Shown: positions 30,272 through 42,200 of the stretch, one piece after another
How positions within the stretch are numbered: position 1 is the stretch's first letter
Layout: every line of letters begins with the position of its first letter
Source of the DNA: a virus
DNA: 64,000 bases
Virus record (IMG/VR): IMGVR_UViG_3300020048_000014
Location: 132,722-196,721 of that record
Reading direction: 5' to 3' (one strand)
Position numbers and translations under genes: made by a program
Notes under the pieces: model-generated
The model's database searches: none
Seen by the model: only the letters and a program-made list of their open reading frames with translations
Told to the model about the DNA's origin: nothing

Positions 30272-30721
30272 ATGTCCGATGTAATAGTGAAAAATCATAT
30301 TTATGACTTCATGCGAAGTAATAATGTGAGTGAAGCGCAACAAGCAATCAATACCGCAGATGCTACTGAAGTTAATAATTTACTCAACACGTTCGATGCT
30401 ATCAGCGCAGCATTTACATATGGGCAGATTGGTGAATTAAGTGGATCTAGTATTATAAATCCCTCATATAAGGGTGGGATGTTGTATTGGAACGGGACGA
30501 CTAATATTAATTTATCTGTTTCACAAACTTTAAATATTCCAAACTTTACTGTTTCTGTGGTACAGTTAAGTTCTGGGTCTGTGACAATCACCAAGATTGC
30601 TTCATATAACTGTGAATTAATTTCATATGGAGATTTGTTCGAAACTGCTGGTAAAGGTTCAGTAGCATCGATTATATCTATTCCAGCAGACAGATACCTA
30701 ATTACTGGAATACTTCAATGA
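30272..30721 (+). CDS. Small tail-appendage/fibre-like protein
   Basis: C-terminal ASIISIPADRYLITG; directly upstream of the beta-helix gene. Confidence 0.5.
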   Translation: MSDVIVKNHIYDFMRSNNVSEAQQAINTADATEVNNLLNTFDAISAAFTYGQIGELSGSSIINPSYKGGMLYWNGTTNINLSVSQTLNIPNFTVSVVQLSSGSVTITKIASYNCELISYGDLFETAGKGSVASIISIPADRYLITGILQ

Positions 30722-33700
30722 TTTTTAGATCTATTATATTAGCAACTAGAGATATTAATGGCGCGGATGCGAGAAAGTATTCGGATCGTGATACTATATA
30801 TGTGTCCCCTTCTGGTAAAGATGGGTATCTTGGACACACTCCAGAATTACCAATAAAAACTTTCAACAAGGCGAAATTGGTTTTAGAAAAAATTAAAACA
30901 GACTCATCCAAGGATCGTCATCTTAAACTAGCGGGTGGTGTATATTACGACAATCCATTAACATTCAATTATGATGATAATAATATATATGATGCTCGTT
31001 TATATGTTGAAAAATTCGGAGAGATTGCTCCCACTTTAGAAGGTCCACATTTTCACACCGAAAATTTGACTATTACTCCTGAAGGATTAATAAAGGTGAA
31101 ATTCCCGTATTCGTCTTATCACACGTTCTCTCATGAGAAACAAATGATGTTAGATGATGATAGAATTTTTCCCGCGAGATTTCCAAAACAAGGAGTGTTT
31201 TACTTTGCGGGTGCCAGAACAATCGTAAATGGGGTTTATGGTTTTATCATAAATGACAAACATACAAATTTTTGCAAAAATTTGTCATCTTTGTTTTCAT
31301 CGATTGGAAGTTATTCGCCTAGAATTGTGATGGGTGGTGATTTTTATAATAATATTAGTAGCACATCATTGTTGTCTATTTCAGCAAATCCCACAAATGA
31401 TCAATTCCACTTTACATTACAATATAACCTCGGTAGTGTTGGTATATCGATAATACCTTTTGATAGTAATAGTAATTTCAATTTGAGCACGATAGCGCAC
31501 CACTTTTGCACCCTCCCCGGAGAGTTTGTTAAGAGTGTTGAAAACGGTCAAATTTTTATTTACGTCAAGCCCCACAAAGAAACCACCACCAAATTTAAAT
31601 TATTAACGTCCATCAACAATGGAATCCATATCAATGGTGCTGAAAATGTAATAATTAAAGATATTAATGTTAAACACTACTACCAAGGTATATTGGTGGA
31701 TAACTATACTAGACACACTGCAATAACTGGGTGTGTCATTGAAAAAAACAATCGTGGCTTTAGACAAACCGAAGCAGCCAATACCCTTTTCTATAAAAAT
31801 GTTGTTTTCGATCATATTTCCGATGGGGTCGTCAGCGGCGTGGTTTCCGCATTCAAATGTGATAATAATATCATATTATATAGCGGAACAGGAAATAGCA
31901 AAGGGTTGGATGTTGGTGGGGGATCGACGGCCTTGGGGTATTTCGGTAGAAGCTGGGGTGGCACCCCCAACATGCTGACTGTTGCCCCTCTCGTCTCAGC
32001 AACTACTAAAACATTCACCCTACAATTAAGCTCTATTCCCAGACCACCTGACACTTCTTCGGTGGAGTTTAATTTTGGGTATGATTTCGGGGGGTATTTG
32101 GAAGTAATGTCTGGGCCATTAAATGGACAACGGAGAATGTGTAGCGGATGGATTAGGCAAACACTCAACACTGCAACGTTCGGCATTAAAGATCCTTGGG
32201 ATGTGGTTGGGGGTTATGATTCACCACAACCCACTGACACCGTGAGATACGTTGCCAATGAATTTTCCCGAAAAAGCTCAAGGGGCGTGATTACAAACAA
32301 CCATGTCAAATATTCGGGTTACGGTGTATTTCACGGCAGCTTTACACGTGTCGATATCATTTCTGGAAACTATTTTTCCAACGGTGGGTATGGGTTCAGT
32401 AATGATATGGGAGCTTTGTATTATGGGTTTGGGGGTGGAAAATCCCCCAGCGATCAAAGTAATATACATGATAATATAATTCTTAATATTAGACAAACTC
32501 CCGGTTTGTCTAATGGTAATGGGATGTATGCTGAAGAGCAAGGTAATTTCACAACATGGTATAATAATATTGTTGACGGTGCTGGCAGCATATTTTTATC
32601 CAATGGTATGTGTAACACTACCATGTATAATAATATATTTTTGAATAGTCATGGCACCATGAACAGTTCGAGAGAACAAAAAAGAGACCAATTTAGCTAC
32701 ACTGTAAATAATTTAAATAACATTACCCAAAGCTCTAACTTCTTCGGTATATCCGCGTTTAATAACATTTGGTATTCAGCTTCTGCTATAATGCCTCTAC
32801 TTTATCCAGAGTTAAACTCTAACGTTAAGATTATACCCATGTTCTCGGGAGGCGGTACACAATATGCTTCTCGTGTAGTTCATTCTACTACAACACGAAG
32901 CAATGACGCATATAGATCTATAGCGAAAATTACAGCTAACTCTTATAATAAAATTGATGTATATTTTGAACCATTGTTTGAAGTAACCTATGACGAGGAA
33001 ACAGGGATGGAAATATTTGCTGAGTATTTTAATCTTTCCGGTGGTGCGATAACTCTAGTGGATTCAAGAGATGTACCGTATATCGTTAATTTTAGTATTG
33101 ATAATCAGCCTCCAAAAAATGGTATATACGGCACAGCAAGTAATTTTTCAACACATCGTACATTCACTGTTCCACTTAGCTCAAATCTAGAAATATATCA
33201 AATAAGCGAGGCGATAAGCAAAACAATACAACTATCCTCAAGAAATGTAAACACAGATAATCTTACAGCGTATAATTACGGATACCCGCATTTTGTATTG
33301 CCGAGTAAGGTCTACAATACTACAAGAGTGTTACCTTTAACCGCAGGTAATAATACTAGTTTTAATATATATCGAAACATTGAAGCTGATTCTGCCATAA
33401 CCGGATGGAATAGTAACTTCTATCACATACGCGTTGGAGATAGAGAGGGTAGGCCTATGTATGAACAAGCAGAACAGTTACAACGCTTTTATGTTAAAAG
33501 TGGTAACTGGGTATACGGTAGCAGTAATATGAGTACTGTAAATATGTCTGTATCTACAAATTGCGGAATAGATGGTTACATGTACCCATGGCAGGTACCT
33601 GTTAGTGCCTGGTTTATTAGAACCGCACCTACGACGAGACTATACCCTACCATACCAAATAATTCATTCTTAATTAAAAGATCATTACCTCTATATACCT

Positions 33701-34161
33701 CAAGAGATAACTGTTTTTATACTACACTAACATCTAATATACAAAATATTGCTCTATCGGCAGATGAAAACGCGTTTAGAGGTAGAGTTTGTAATGATAT
33801 AAATGGAAATACATTCGCTGTTTGGAGTAGTCTTACAGGAGGATCTAGCTATACCAATACAATCTGCGCTTATAACTCATCAACCATTGTTGTCAATCCT
33901 TCTGCTGGGTTCGAAACTATTGTACCTTTTGAAGGAGGATCAATCTTCCAAGATCCTAAATTAGATTTTACAACTTATCAAGTAGCGGATGATTCACCAG
34001 TATTATCTCTAGGATTTAAGAATATAGATGTTTCAAAGATTGGATTGAGATCAGATGGCGATGATATTTGGCTGACAAAGGTTCAAACTCTGACAGCATC
34101 GGTTATATATGGTAGTGCAGACTGGTCAGAGTTTAAATATGGTAATCACAATGAACTATAA
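30718..34161 (+). CDS. Large right-handed beta-helix protein (tailspike/depolymerase-like)
   Basis: IYVSPSGKD...PIKTFNKA N-terminal motif; repeated I.NN.I/V beta-helix turns; 1147 aa. Confidence 0.7.
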   Translation: MIFRSIILATRDINGADARKYSDRDTIYVSPSGKDGYLGHTPELPIKTFNKAKLVLEKIKTDSSKDRHLKLAGGVYYDNPLTFNYDDNNIYDARLYVEKFGEIAPTLEGPHFHTENLTITPEGLIKVKFPYSSYHTFSHEKQMMLDDDRIFPARFPKQGVFYFAGARTIVNGVYGFIINDKHTNFCKNLSSLFSSIGSYSPRIVMGGDFYNNISSTSLLSISANPTNDQFHFTLQYNLGSVGISIIPFDSNSNFNLSTIAHHFCTLPGEFVKSVENGQIFIYVKPHKETTTKFKLLTSINNGIHINGAENVIIKDINVKHYYQGILVDNYTRHTAITGCVIEKNNRGFRQTEAANTLFYKNVVFDHISDGVVSGVVSAFKCDNNIILYSGTGNSKGLDVGGGSTALGYFGRSWGGTPNMLTVAPLVSATTKTFTLQLSSIPRPPDTSSVEFNFGYDFGGYLEVMSGPLNGQRRMCSGWIRQTLNTATFGIKDPWDVVGGYDSPQPTDTVRYVANEFSRKSSRGVITNNHVKYSGYGVFHGSFTRVDIISGNYFSNGGYGFSNDMGALYYGFGGGKSPSDQSNIHDNIILNIRQTPGLSNGNGMYAEEQGNFTTWYNNIVDGAGSIFLSNGMCNTTMYNNIFLNSHGTMNSSREQKRDQFSYTVNNLNNITQSSNFFGISAFNNIWYSASAIMPLLYPELNSNVKIIPMFSGGGTQYASRVVHSTTTRSNDAYRSIAKITANSYNKIDVYFEPLFEVTYDEETGMEIFAEYFNLSGGAITLVDSRDVPYIVNFSIDNQPPKNGIYGTASNFSTHRTFTVPLSSNLEIYQISEAISKTIQLSSRNVNTDNLTAYNYGYPHFVLPSKVYNTTRVLPLTAGNNTSFNIYRNIEADSAITGWNSNFYHIRVGDREGRPMYEQAEQLQRFYVKSGNWVYGSSNMSTVNMSVSTNCGIDGYMYPWQVPVSAWFIRTAPTTRLYPTIPNNSFLIKRSLPLYTSRDNCFYTTLTSNIQNIALSADENAFRGRVCNDINGNTFAVWSSLTGGSSYTNTICAYNSSTIVVNPSAGFETIVPFEGGSIFQDPKLDFTTYQVADDSPVLSLGFKNIDVSKIGLRSDGDDIWLTKVQTLTASVIYGSADWSEFKYGNHNEL

Positions 34162-34257
34162 ATTTCTAAAATTGGTGAATAATCTGAGAAGTCAAACACG
34201 CGACAATCAAATTGGGGACTATACTTGTCATTTAAATTGTAATCACTAAATATCATC

Positions 34258-36081
34258 ATGGCAGGTATTCAGAATAATCCTAATAATAGGACAAACATTG
34301 CAAGAGATGGTAAATCATCTACTTACGATAGATCGATGACTTCTTATTTGAAGAATCGCCTACCTTATAATTATAATGTTTTAGACTCTGATGAATCTAA
34401 AAACACCAAATATAAATACTTCCAACATGTTGGAATGCGTCGTCCAGAAGCTCTTGCTAAGAATTCTGTAACGCTCAGTAATGATTATAATAATACTGCA
34501 TTCTCTGCCATTGAGCAAGATAAAAGTTTCTCAAATATCATGTATGCTACGGCATCTGAAGATAAACCGGGAAGAATGCGAGACTATAGAACAATGGCAG
34601 CGTTTTCAGAAATTGCTGATGCATTGGATGAAATTTCTGATGAGACTATTAATCCTGATGAAAATGATGATGTCATTAAATTAAAATTTAAAAATTCTGA
34701 ATTAGAATCCGATAAAAAGGATGAAATAATGAAAGAATTCGACAAATATATCGAACATTATGATTTACATAACAATGGGTGGCAATATTTTAGACAATTT
34801 TTAGTAGAGGGCGAATTATATTTTGAACAGATTATTCACGAAGATTATGTAAACGAGGGAGTTTTAGGAGTCATTAACATTCCTTCAGATTTAATTGACC
34901 CTGTTTATGGAAATATCCAAAACATGTTAGTAAAGGGATTCCTTTATCAGAAACCAATATTTGATAAAAATGACCCCCGAAAAGTAGAAAAATATGAACC
35001 AATTCCATATGAAGAGAATCAGGTAGTTTATATCAATAATGCATCATATAATGATACGAAGGAATTTATAGTTCCTTTCATTGAAAACGCTAGACGAGCG
35101 TATCGCCAGTTATCAATGATGGAAGATGCTATAGTTATTCATAGAATGGTTCACGCCCCTCTGAGATTTGTTTTTAATGTTGATGTCGGTCGTCTACCAG
35201 TTCCACAAGCAGAAGCTTATCTTCGTAAATTACAAGCACAATATTGGTCCACCAAAACTTTTGATGCGGATCAAGGAGATATTGTAAAAAAATATAGCCC
35301 ACAATCTACTTTAGATTCTTATTGGTTCGCTAAAAGACAAGGAACTGAACCCACCACTGTCCAAGAAATCGGTGGACAATCAGGCGATGATCAGATGGAA
35401 GGATTATATTTCTTCATCAAAAAGCTATATCGTTCTCTTAAAACTCCCACATCCAGACTTGACCCTGACGACTCTTTCCGAGATGGAACAGATATTCTTA
35501 GAGAAGAATTAAAATTTGCTCGCATGATTATGCGTCAACAGCAGAAGTTCGCCTCTGGCCTTAAAAGAGGGTTTATTACACATCTTAAACTTCGAAAGAT
35601 GTTTAATGAGTATGATCTCACCGAGCAAAATCTAAATATAATTTTTAATCCCCCATCTAATTTCTATGAACTTAGAAATAATCAGAAGATGGAACTAAAG
35701 ATTAATTCTTTTAGTAACATGGTTGGAACGCAAAAAATATCCACTGCATTTGCTATGAAAAAAGCTCTTGGGTTTAGTGATAAAGAAATACTTGCTAATG
35801 TTGAATTTCGTAGATTGGAAGCAGCACAAGAATTTGAATTGCAACAAATTCTTACCTTGGGACCGGACTGGAAATCCCAGCTACTCCAACAAGCGGCAGG
35901 TGGGGCAGCACCAGAAGGTGGAGGAGGAATGCCTCCTGACATGGGTGGTGGAGGAGGAATGCCTCCTGACATGGGTGGTGGAGGAATTCCAGATACTTCC
36001 ATGGGACTAGGACAAGAAGAGCCGCCGAACGCTGGCAATCCACCAGAAACTCCTGCGGTTCCCGAAGAGCCTCCAGTTTAA
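34258..36081 (+). CDS. 20: gp20 portal protein
   Basis: YRTMAAFSEIADALDEI, FLVEGELYF, LSMMEDAIVIHR, VFNVDVGRLP, YWFAKR.G...TTV, REELKF. Confidence 0.96.
   Translation: MAGIQNNPNNRTNIARDGKSSTYDRSMTSYLKNRLPYNYNVLDSDESKNTKYKYFQHVGMRRPEALAKNSVTLSNDYNNTAFSAIEQDKSFSNIMYATASEDKPGRMRDYRTMAAFSEIADALDEISDETINPDENDDVIKLKFKNSELESDKKDEIMKEFDKYIEHYDLHNNGWQYFRQFLVEGELYFEQIIHEDYVNEGVLGVINIPSDLIDPVYGNIQNMLVKGFLYQKPIFDKNDPRKVEKYEPIPYEENQVVYINNASYNDTKEFIVPFIENARRAYRQLSMMEDAIVIHRMVHAPLRFVFNVDVGRLPVPQAEAYLRKLQAQYWSTKTFDADQGDIVKKYSPQSTLDSYWFAKRQGTEPTTVQEIGGQSGDDQMEGLYFFIKKLYRSLKTPTSRLDPDDSFRDGTDILREELKFARMIMRQQQKFASGLKRGFITHLKLRKMFNEYDLTEQNLNIIFNPPSNFYELRNNQKMELKINSFSNMVGTQKISTAFAMKKALGFSDKEILANVEFRRLEAAQEFELQQILTLGPDWKSQLLQQAAGGAAPEGGGGMPPDMGGGGGMPPDMGGGGIPDTSMGLGQEEPPNAGNPPETPAVPEEPPV
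35917..35985 (+). repeat. 30-bp tandem repeat (about 2.3 copies) encoding GGGGMPPDMG in the portal tail
   Basis: GGTGGAGGAGGAATGCCTCCTGACATGGGT x2 plus a partial copy. Confidence 0.9.
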
Positions 36082-36494
36082 CCATTCCACTCTAATCCAG
36101 ATGGAGAGTAATAATTTATATCGTCGCAGAAACTTACACAGTTAAAAGCTGAACTGTAATAATATGCGGTTCCATTATTCGATTCTAAATTGATTCCTAC
36201 TGTGCTAGGAACGTCACACTTTAGAAAATAATATTGCGTGCCATTATTTGAAGTTACTGGGAGATATAGAGTATCTTGTCCCCATAAAATAAAATCGTTA
36301 GCTGATAAGAAATAATATGCACTACCAATATTAGATTCAATATTGGTTGGAAGATTTTCACCGAGTAATATATTAGATAGTTCATCTGTTAAAGTATTAT
36401 TCGATTCGTCTAGTAATGTGAATGTTAAAATTTCAGATATTACACCACATGATATATAGTAATATTGTGTTCCATTATTGTCTGTGAGTGCCAT
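36078..36494 (-). CDS. Hypothetical late protein with four internal xNNG[TS][QA]YY repeats
   Basis: DNNGTQYYYIS, SNIGSAYYFLS, SNNGTQYYFLK, SNNGTAYYYSS; own TAAATA-N5-ATG. Confidence 0.7.
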   Translation of the reverse strand: MALTDNNGTQYYYISCGVISEILTFTLLDESNNTLTDELSNILLGENLPTNIESNIGSAYYFLSANDFILWGQDTLYLPVTSNNGTQYYFLKCDVPSTVGINLESNNGTAYYYSSAFNCVSFCDDINYYSPSGLEWNG

Positions 36495-36521
36495 ATTACT
36501 ATTTAATCATTAAATAAAAGT

Positions 36522-37661
36522 ATGTCGGAGCTATGCACAATACAACCAATATCTGCTTTCATGAGCACCAATCTATCTTCAAAGATAGAATGTTTCCAAG
36601 CTCTGGGAGCAAGAATTTTAAGAATGTTGGGGCATCCCATGATTAACGTAGAAATTCATCCAGATCAATTACATGATGCTATTTCGATGGCATGTGAGTT
36701 TTTCACCCAGTATTCAGGATATACTAAAGAATATCTTATATTTGATAGTGATTTGTATGAAAAAAATAAAGGATTGCGATTAGATCATTTATTTACTGTG
36801 GCAAATACTGGATTCACATTGGCCCAAAAATTAACTCCTCCCACAAAATCTAATCCTGATTATAATGTTTCATTAATGGAAAACTTATATATTCTTACAT
36901 CTGCTATTCCAAGTTCATATTTTGCATCAAGTTCCGCTTTGAGTTCATCCATCCCATCGACTGGATTACCGGCAATGCAGGTAATGATAGAATCTACATA
37001 TGCTCAATTAACAGCATTTAATCCAGAATTAACATCGTTGTTCATAATTTCTCCTAAAAAACCATTCACAATTCAATGTGAAGAAGTTGAAGGAGTTACT
37101 GAATATAATAATATGTTTGATTATGATGTTATGGAATATCGTAAAGTTATTGATGTTATTGATTTTATCGAAGGAAGTTCCAGTGGAGTAAATACATTAT
37201 TTTCGATGGAACAAACGATGGCACAGCAGACATATTATTCTTACGCCATGGGTAATTTTGGGTTTGACCTACTGTCATGGCATACCGTGAAAGATTGGCA
37301 AGATACGAGAGAAAAGCTATTAGCTATTAAAAGGGATGTACATTTTGACAATAGAACACAATATTTTAGATTGATGCCACAACCAAAACTTAACAGATTT
37401 TTTGGAGTATTAGAATGTTATGTAGAACGCCCATTAAAAGACATAGTGAAGGAAAAATGGGTTTTAGATTACTCGATAGCATTATCTAAAATAATGTGGG
37501 GGCGTATACTGACTAAGATATCCGGCACCACTCTTCTTGGGGGCGGTACGCTCAACGGTGACTCAGTTCTTAGCGAAGGAATAGCTGAAAAAGCTGAATT
37601 AGAAAATTTCTTAATCGAAGGAGGACACAATACTTCGCCTCCAATGATGTTTGTTGGGTAA
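36522..37661 (+). CDS. 13: gp13 neck protein
   Basis: ILRMLGHPMINVEIHPDQLHDAI..A...F, WV.DYSIAL.K..WG..L.K..G..LLGGGTLNG. Confidence 0.9.
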   Translation: MSELCTIQPISAFMSTNLSSKIECFQALGARILRMLGHPMINVEIHPDQLHDAISMACEFFTQYSGYTKEYLIFDSDLYEKNKGLRLDHLFTVANTGFTLAQKLTPPTKSNPDYNVSLMENLYILTSAIPSSYFASSSALSSSIPSTGLPAMQVMIESTYAQLTAFNPELTSLFIISPKKPFTIQCEEVEGVTEYNNMFDYDVMEYRKVIDVIDFIEGSSSGVNTLFSMEQTMAQQTYYSYAMGNFGFDLLSWHTVKDWQDTREKLLAIKRDVHFDNRTQYFRLMPQPKLNRFFGVLECYVERPLKDIVKEKWVLDYSIALSKIMWGRILTKISGTTLLGGGTLNGDSVLSEGIAEKAELENFLIEGGHNTSPPMMFVG

Positions 37662-37695
37662 TTGACATTTCCATAGTGTATGATTAAATACATAC

Positions 37696-39183
37696 ATGAG
37701 CAGAAGATTAACACTTGAAGAATTTGTAAATAAATCGAATATTATCCACAATGATAAATTTGATTATTCGATATCAAATTATATTAACAATGGGGTTAAA
37801 ATAGAAATAATCTGCCCTATCCATGGGAATTTTTCACAATTACCCTCAGATCACATGAGGGGAATTGGTTGTAAAAAATGTGGACAAGAAAAAACTGGAA
37901 TAAGTAAAAGATTAAACAATGACACTTTTATCGAAAAAGCGTCTCGCGTTCACAACAATAAATTTGATTATTCTAAAGTTAGATACACCACATCTTTGGA
38001 AAAGGTAGACATAATTTGTCCAGAACATGGAATATTTTCACAATTTCCAAATGATCATCTTTATGGGAAGGGTTGTAGATTGTGTAAATACACAAATCAC
38101 TCCATTGAATTGATGGATACTGCCGAATCATTCATCGAAAAATGTAAAAAGATTCACGGTGATAGATATGACTACTCGAAAGTTATATACAAAGACAGTA
38201 GAACTGATGTTGATATTATATGTAAAATTCATGGGCAATTTAAACAATCTCCAAGTAATCATATAAACAATCAGTGTAATTGTCCATCTTGTGTATCGCC
38301 ACAATCTAAACCTGAAAAATTCATATCAGAATTCTTAACAAGACATAACATAAAATTTATAGAAAATGATCGGAATGTAATCGGTCCAAAGGAATTAGAT
38401 TTTTATATTCCCGATCATAATTTAGCTATAGAGTTTAATGGGATTTATTTTCATTCCGAGTTAACTGGTCACAAGAATAAAAATTATCATCTTAATAAAA
38501 CAATTGATTGTGGCAAATCTGGAATTAGATTATTGCATATATTCGAAACAGAATACACACATAATCGAAAAATATTATTATCTAAATTAAAAAATATTCT
38601 TAAATTAACGAAATATAAAATATTTGCTAGAAAATGTGAAATTAAACCGATCACTACACAAATCAAAAAAACATTTATAAACAAATATCATATTCAAGGA
38701 GATTGCCCATCCTCAATAAATTTAGGATTATTTTATAAGAATAGATTGATGCAAGTTATGACCTTTTCTAAAAAAAGAATATCTTTAGGATCTAAAAGTA
38801 ATGAAGGTGAATATGAATTAGCTAGAATGTGTTCTATGAATAATTTCAATATTGTTGGCGGATCATCTAAACTTTTAGCATATTTTGAAAAAATGTATTC
38901 ACCGAAATCATTATTGACATATGCCGATAGACGTTGGAGTGGTCCTAATAATGTATATTTAAAAATGGGATTCGCTCATACACATGACGCCGATCCTAAT
39001 TATTGGTATTTTCATAAAAGCAATTTTTTAAAACATTGGCATCGATACTCATTCGCCAAACATAAACTAAAAAATAAATTAACAATATATGATAATGTTT
39101 TGAGTGAGTGGGTGAATATGAAGAATAACAATTATGATAGAATTTGGGATTGTGGTAATTCTGTTTATATTAAAAGTTATTGA
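37696..39183 (+). mobile_element. Free-standing Hef-like homing endonuclease (3 zinc-ribbon repeats, PD-(D/E)xK nuclease, GNAT-like C-terminal domain)
   Basis: Repeats IICP.HG.F.Q.P..H..G.GC..C; ELDFYIP..NLAIEFNGIYFH; LLTYADRRWS; IWDCG. Confidence 0.8.
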
Positions 39184-39214
39184 CAAAATAATACGTTTGA
39201 CTAAATAATCATAC

Positions 39215-42200
39215 ATGAAATTGTTTAGCGAAGAGGTCCGATACACCTCCACTAACTCTTCTCATAACGTCTTACAAATTGAAAATTTCTCAGAAATTTT
39301 CTTTGATGTTTTTGAGATTGAGATAAACAAGTCCAAATATCCAGTTGAAAAAATTTCCGAACATAATGGAAATCCTGTGGTATCTGTCCCTGTTTTAGTG
39401 GAAGGTAATGAAATATTTTATCCTTTTATTTTAATTAAAGGTAAATTTGAGTTAATCTTTAACGAGAATAATACAATAGCTAATATTTTCCCAGATGGCG
39501 ATTTCGAACATATTAAAGAAGTTCCTATTGTCGATAATTTTTTACTTGAAAAAGATGATGATTCTTTCATTGAAGAGATTCATATTACAGATTTAATCGA
39601 TAATAAAAAAGATATTCTTTTACAGATAGAATCTGCTAAAAAAGATGCTTCTAAAGCTATCCAGAGAGATAAAGTTTTAAAATTAAAACAACTATCAGAA
39701 CAATCTAAAAAACATAATAAAGCTTTAGAAAATACTTTAGAAATAGCTCGGGAAAACCTTGTAAATGAGTTTATCATTATTTCTGATAAACTTCGAAAAG
39801 AACTTACTGAAGATTCTCATGTCGAGTATTCGGAATTAAAGGAAACTTTGGATAATAAGTTGACTATTATTTCTGAAAATTTAGAATCTCAATTAGAAGA
39901 TAATTTTCAAAATGCATCTAGTATTTTTGATAATCAAATAAAAACCTTAGTTAAGGAACTTTATTCGGAAACAGTATCGCCTAAAGTTGAAAAAGAACTT
40001 AATGACATAGCTTTTCAGATTGTTGAAAAGGTTGGGGAGATTGAAACTACGCTCGATAAAAAATTAGAAACTAAAGCTGAAAAAACTTTAGTCGAAGGAG
40101 TATCTAAAGAAATTACAGCTATACAAAAAGCTAATATTGAACTTAATGATAATATCAATAAAGGGGTCAATAAAGCTCTTAGTCGTGCGGGTAATGTTAA
40201 AATTTTAGTCGAAAAGATCGATAAAGAAATTAATGAAAAAATTTCTGATGAATTGACTAATATAGAAAATTATTTTGAAGAAAAAATTCAAAATATTACA
40301 AATCAAACATATGATATAACTGAAGAATCTAGAAAATATATTATCGATTTGGTCAATAAATCAAAAGTAGAATTACTTGAAGAGATTCGTAAAATTCCTA
40401 CTGAGAAACCTATCGAGTATATTATCGAATCTACTAAAAAAGATCCAGAGAAAGTTAATTTAGATAAACTAAAAAAAGAGTATGATACTATCATTCATAA
40501 TAAATTTGAAAACTATAAAACAGATTTAAGGAAATATATTTCGGTTTATTCCGGGGGTGGTTCGGTAGCTATGCAATTTGCTGATGGTGGAACTATGAAC
40601 GGTAATCTTACTGTTGTCGGTACTATTTCAGCATCTCAGTATCTCGGAATTCCATCTGGGGAAGTATCTGGTGACTATCTCCCACTATCTGGTGGAACTA
40701 TAACAGGTAGTGTAACTGCTAATTCTTTTGTAACTCTAAATGGACTTTCATCTCAATTTGTTAAAGGTGATGGATCACTAGATAGCAATATCTACCTCAC
40801 CTCAGAAGATTTAAACTCTAATGTAATTTTATTCCCGACAACGACAAGTTCTGGAATAAGTGGTTATAGTTTAATGGTATCTAGCATTACAGATATTGCT
40901 TATGATGATCCTGCTGTAAATGTTCCTACCGGTGTTATTGATAGTATTGATACATACATCTCTACTATAATTTCTAGAGAAGGTGTACTAATTGGCGATA
41001 TTGATACCATTAATATGACAATTATTGGTAAAATTAGAAAGACTGCTGGAGGTACAAATAAAAATGCTACTTTCCACTTTCATGTTTATAAGAGAAGCGC
41101 AGATGGAACAGAAACATCTATAGGAGTTAGTGGTGATACACTTACAGTAACAGCTTCAATATATGAAGAATATAGTGCTTCAGTATTATTACCAGCATCC
41201 ACTTGGTTGTCTACAGATAGGTTGGTATTAAAATTATATGGTATCCTTATAGGATCTGGTGGCGGTGCTAATCCTCAATATCAGTTTGAATTTGGGGGTC
41301 TTACTCCGGTAAGAGTATTAATACCTTTACCTACTTCAGTTCAATTATCTAATTATGTTCCATATATTGGATCTACTAAAGATATAGATTTAGGAATTCA
41401 TACTATTACTGCAAGTAATTTAATTTATAATGGAGGTAATACAAACACCTCTAATCTCCTTATTGGGACTAATGATAATTATAATTTAAATTTAGAGACA
41501 GGTGGTGTTTCTAGAATGACCATCTTGAGTAGTGGCAACGTTGGCATAGGCACAACTACACCAGCTTCAAAACTAACCGTAGAAGATGTAACTCTGGCGG
41601 GATCGCTCGCACTCTCTGGGTCAGCACTTGAAGTCAACCAAACATGGAACACCACAGGCACACCAACAGCTTTGTCTGTGAATGTTACTGATCTTAGTAG
41701 TAATGCGGCGAGTTCTTTGATGGATTTGAAGGTGGGGGGAAGTAGTAAGTTTAAGGTTAATAAGGATGGAACAACTACTCTTACTACCTTAAATGGAAAT
41801 TCTTCCAATTTATTCATTCAGATCGAAAGCTCTAGCCAAGCACGATTTATTAAAAATAACAGTGTTATCTTCTACTATCCTATCGTAGCAGATAACTCGT
41901 TCGGAATAGCTCTTAGAAATAACAGCGCATCACTCAAATTAGGAACGTCGGATGATGTTGTGTTAACTAGAGACACCTCCAACACCCTAGCCCAACGCAA
42001 CGGACTCAATGCCCAAACATTCAACATCTACAACACCTACACTACCACCCCAACTACTAGCTACGAGCGTGGTTTCTTTAAGTGGGATAACGATGTTCTG
42101 AAAATTGGAACGGAAGCGTCGGGGACGACTGGGGTTGCTAGGAATTTGGAAATTGGTGGAGTTGTAACAACCATAAAAGCAGGAACTAACAGGACAATAA

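Noticed and set aside
35917-35985. Portal C-terminal 30-bp tandem repeat as a functional element or CRISPR-like array
   Set aside because: It is a low-complexity Gly/Pro/Met tail with no spacers; no CRISPR array was seen anywhere in the window.
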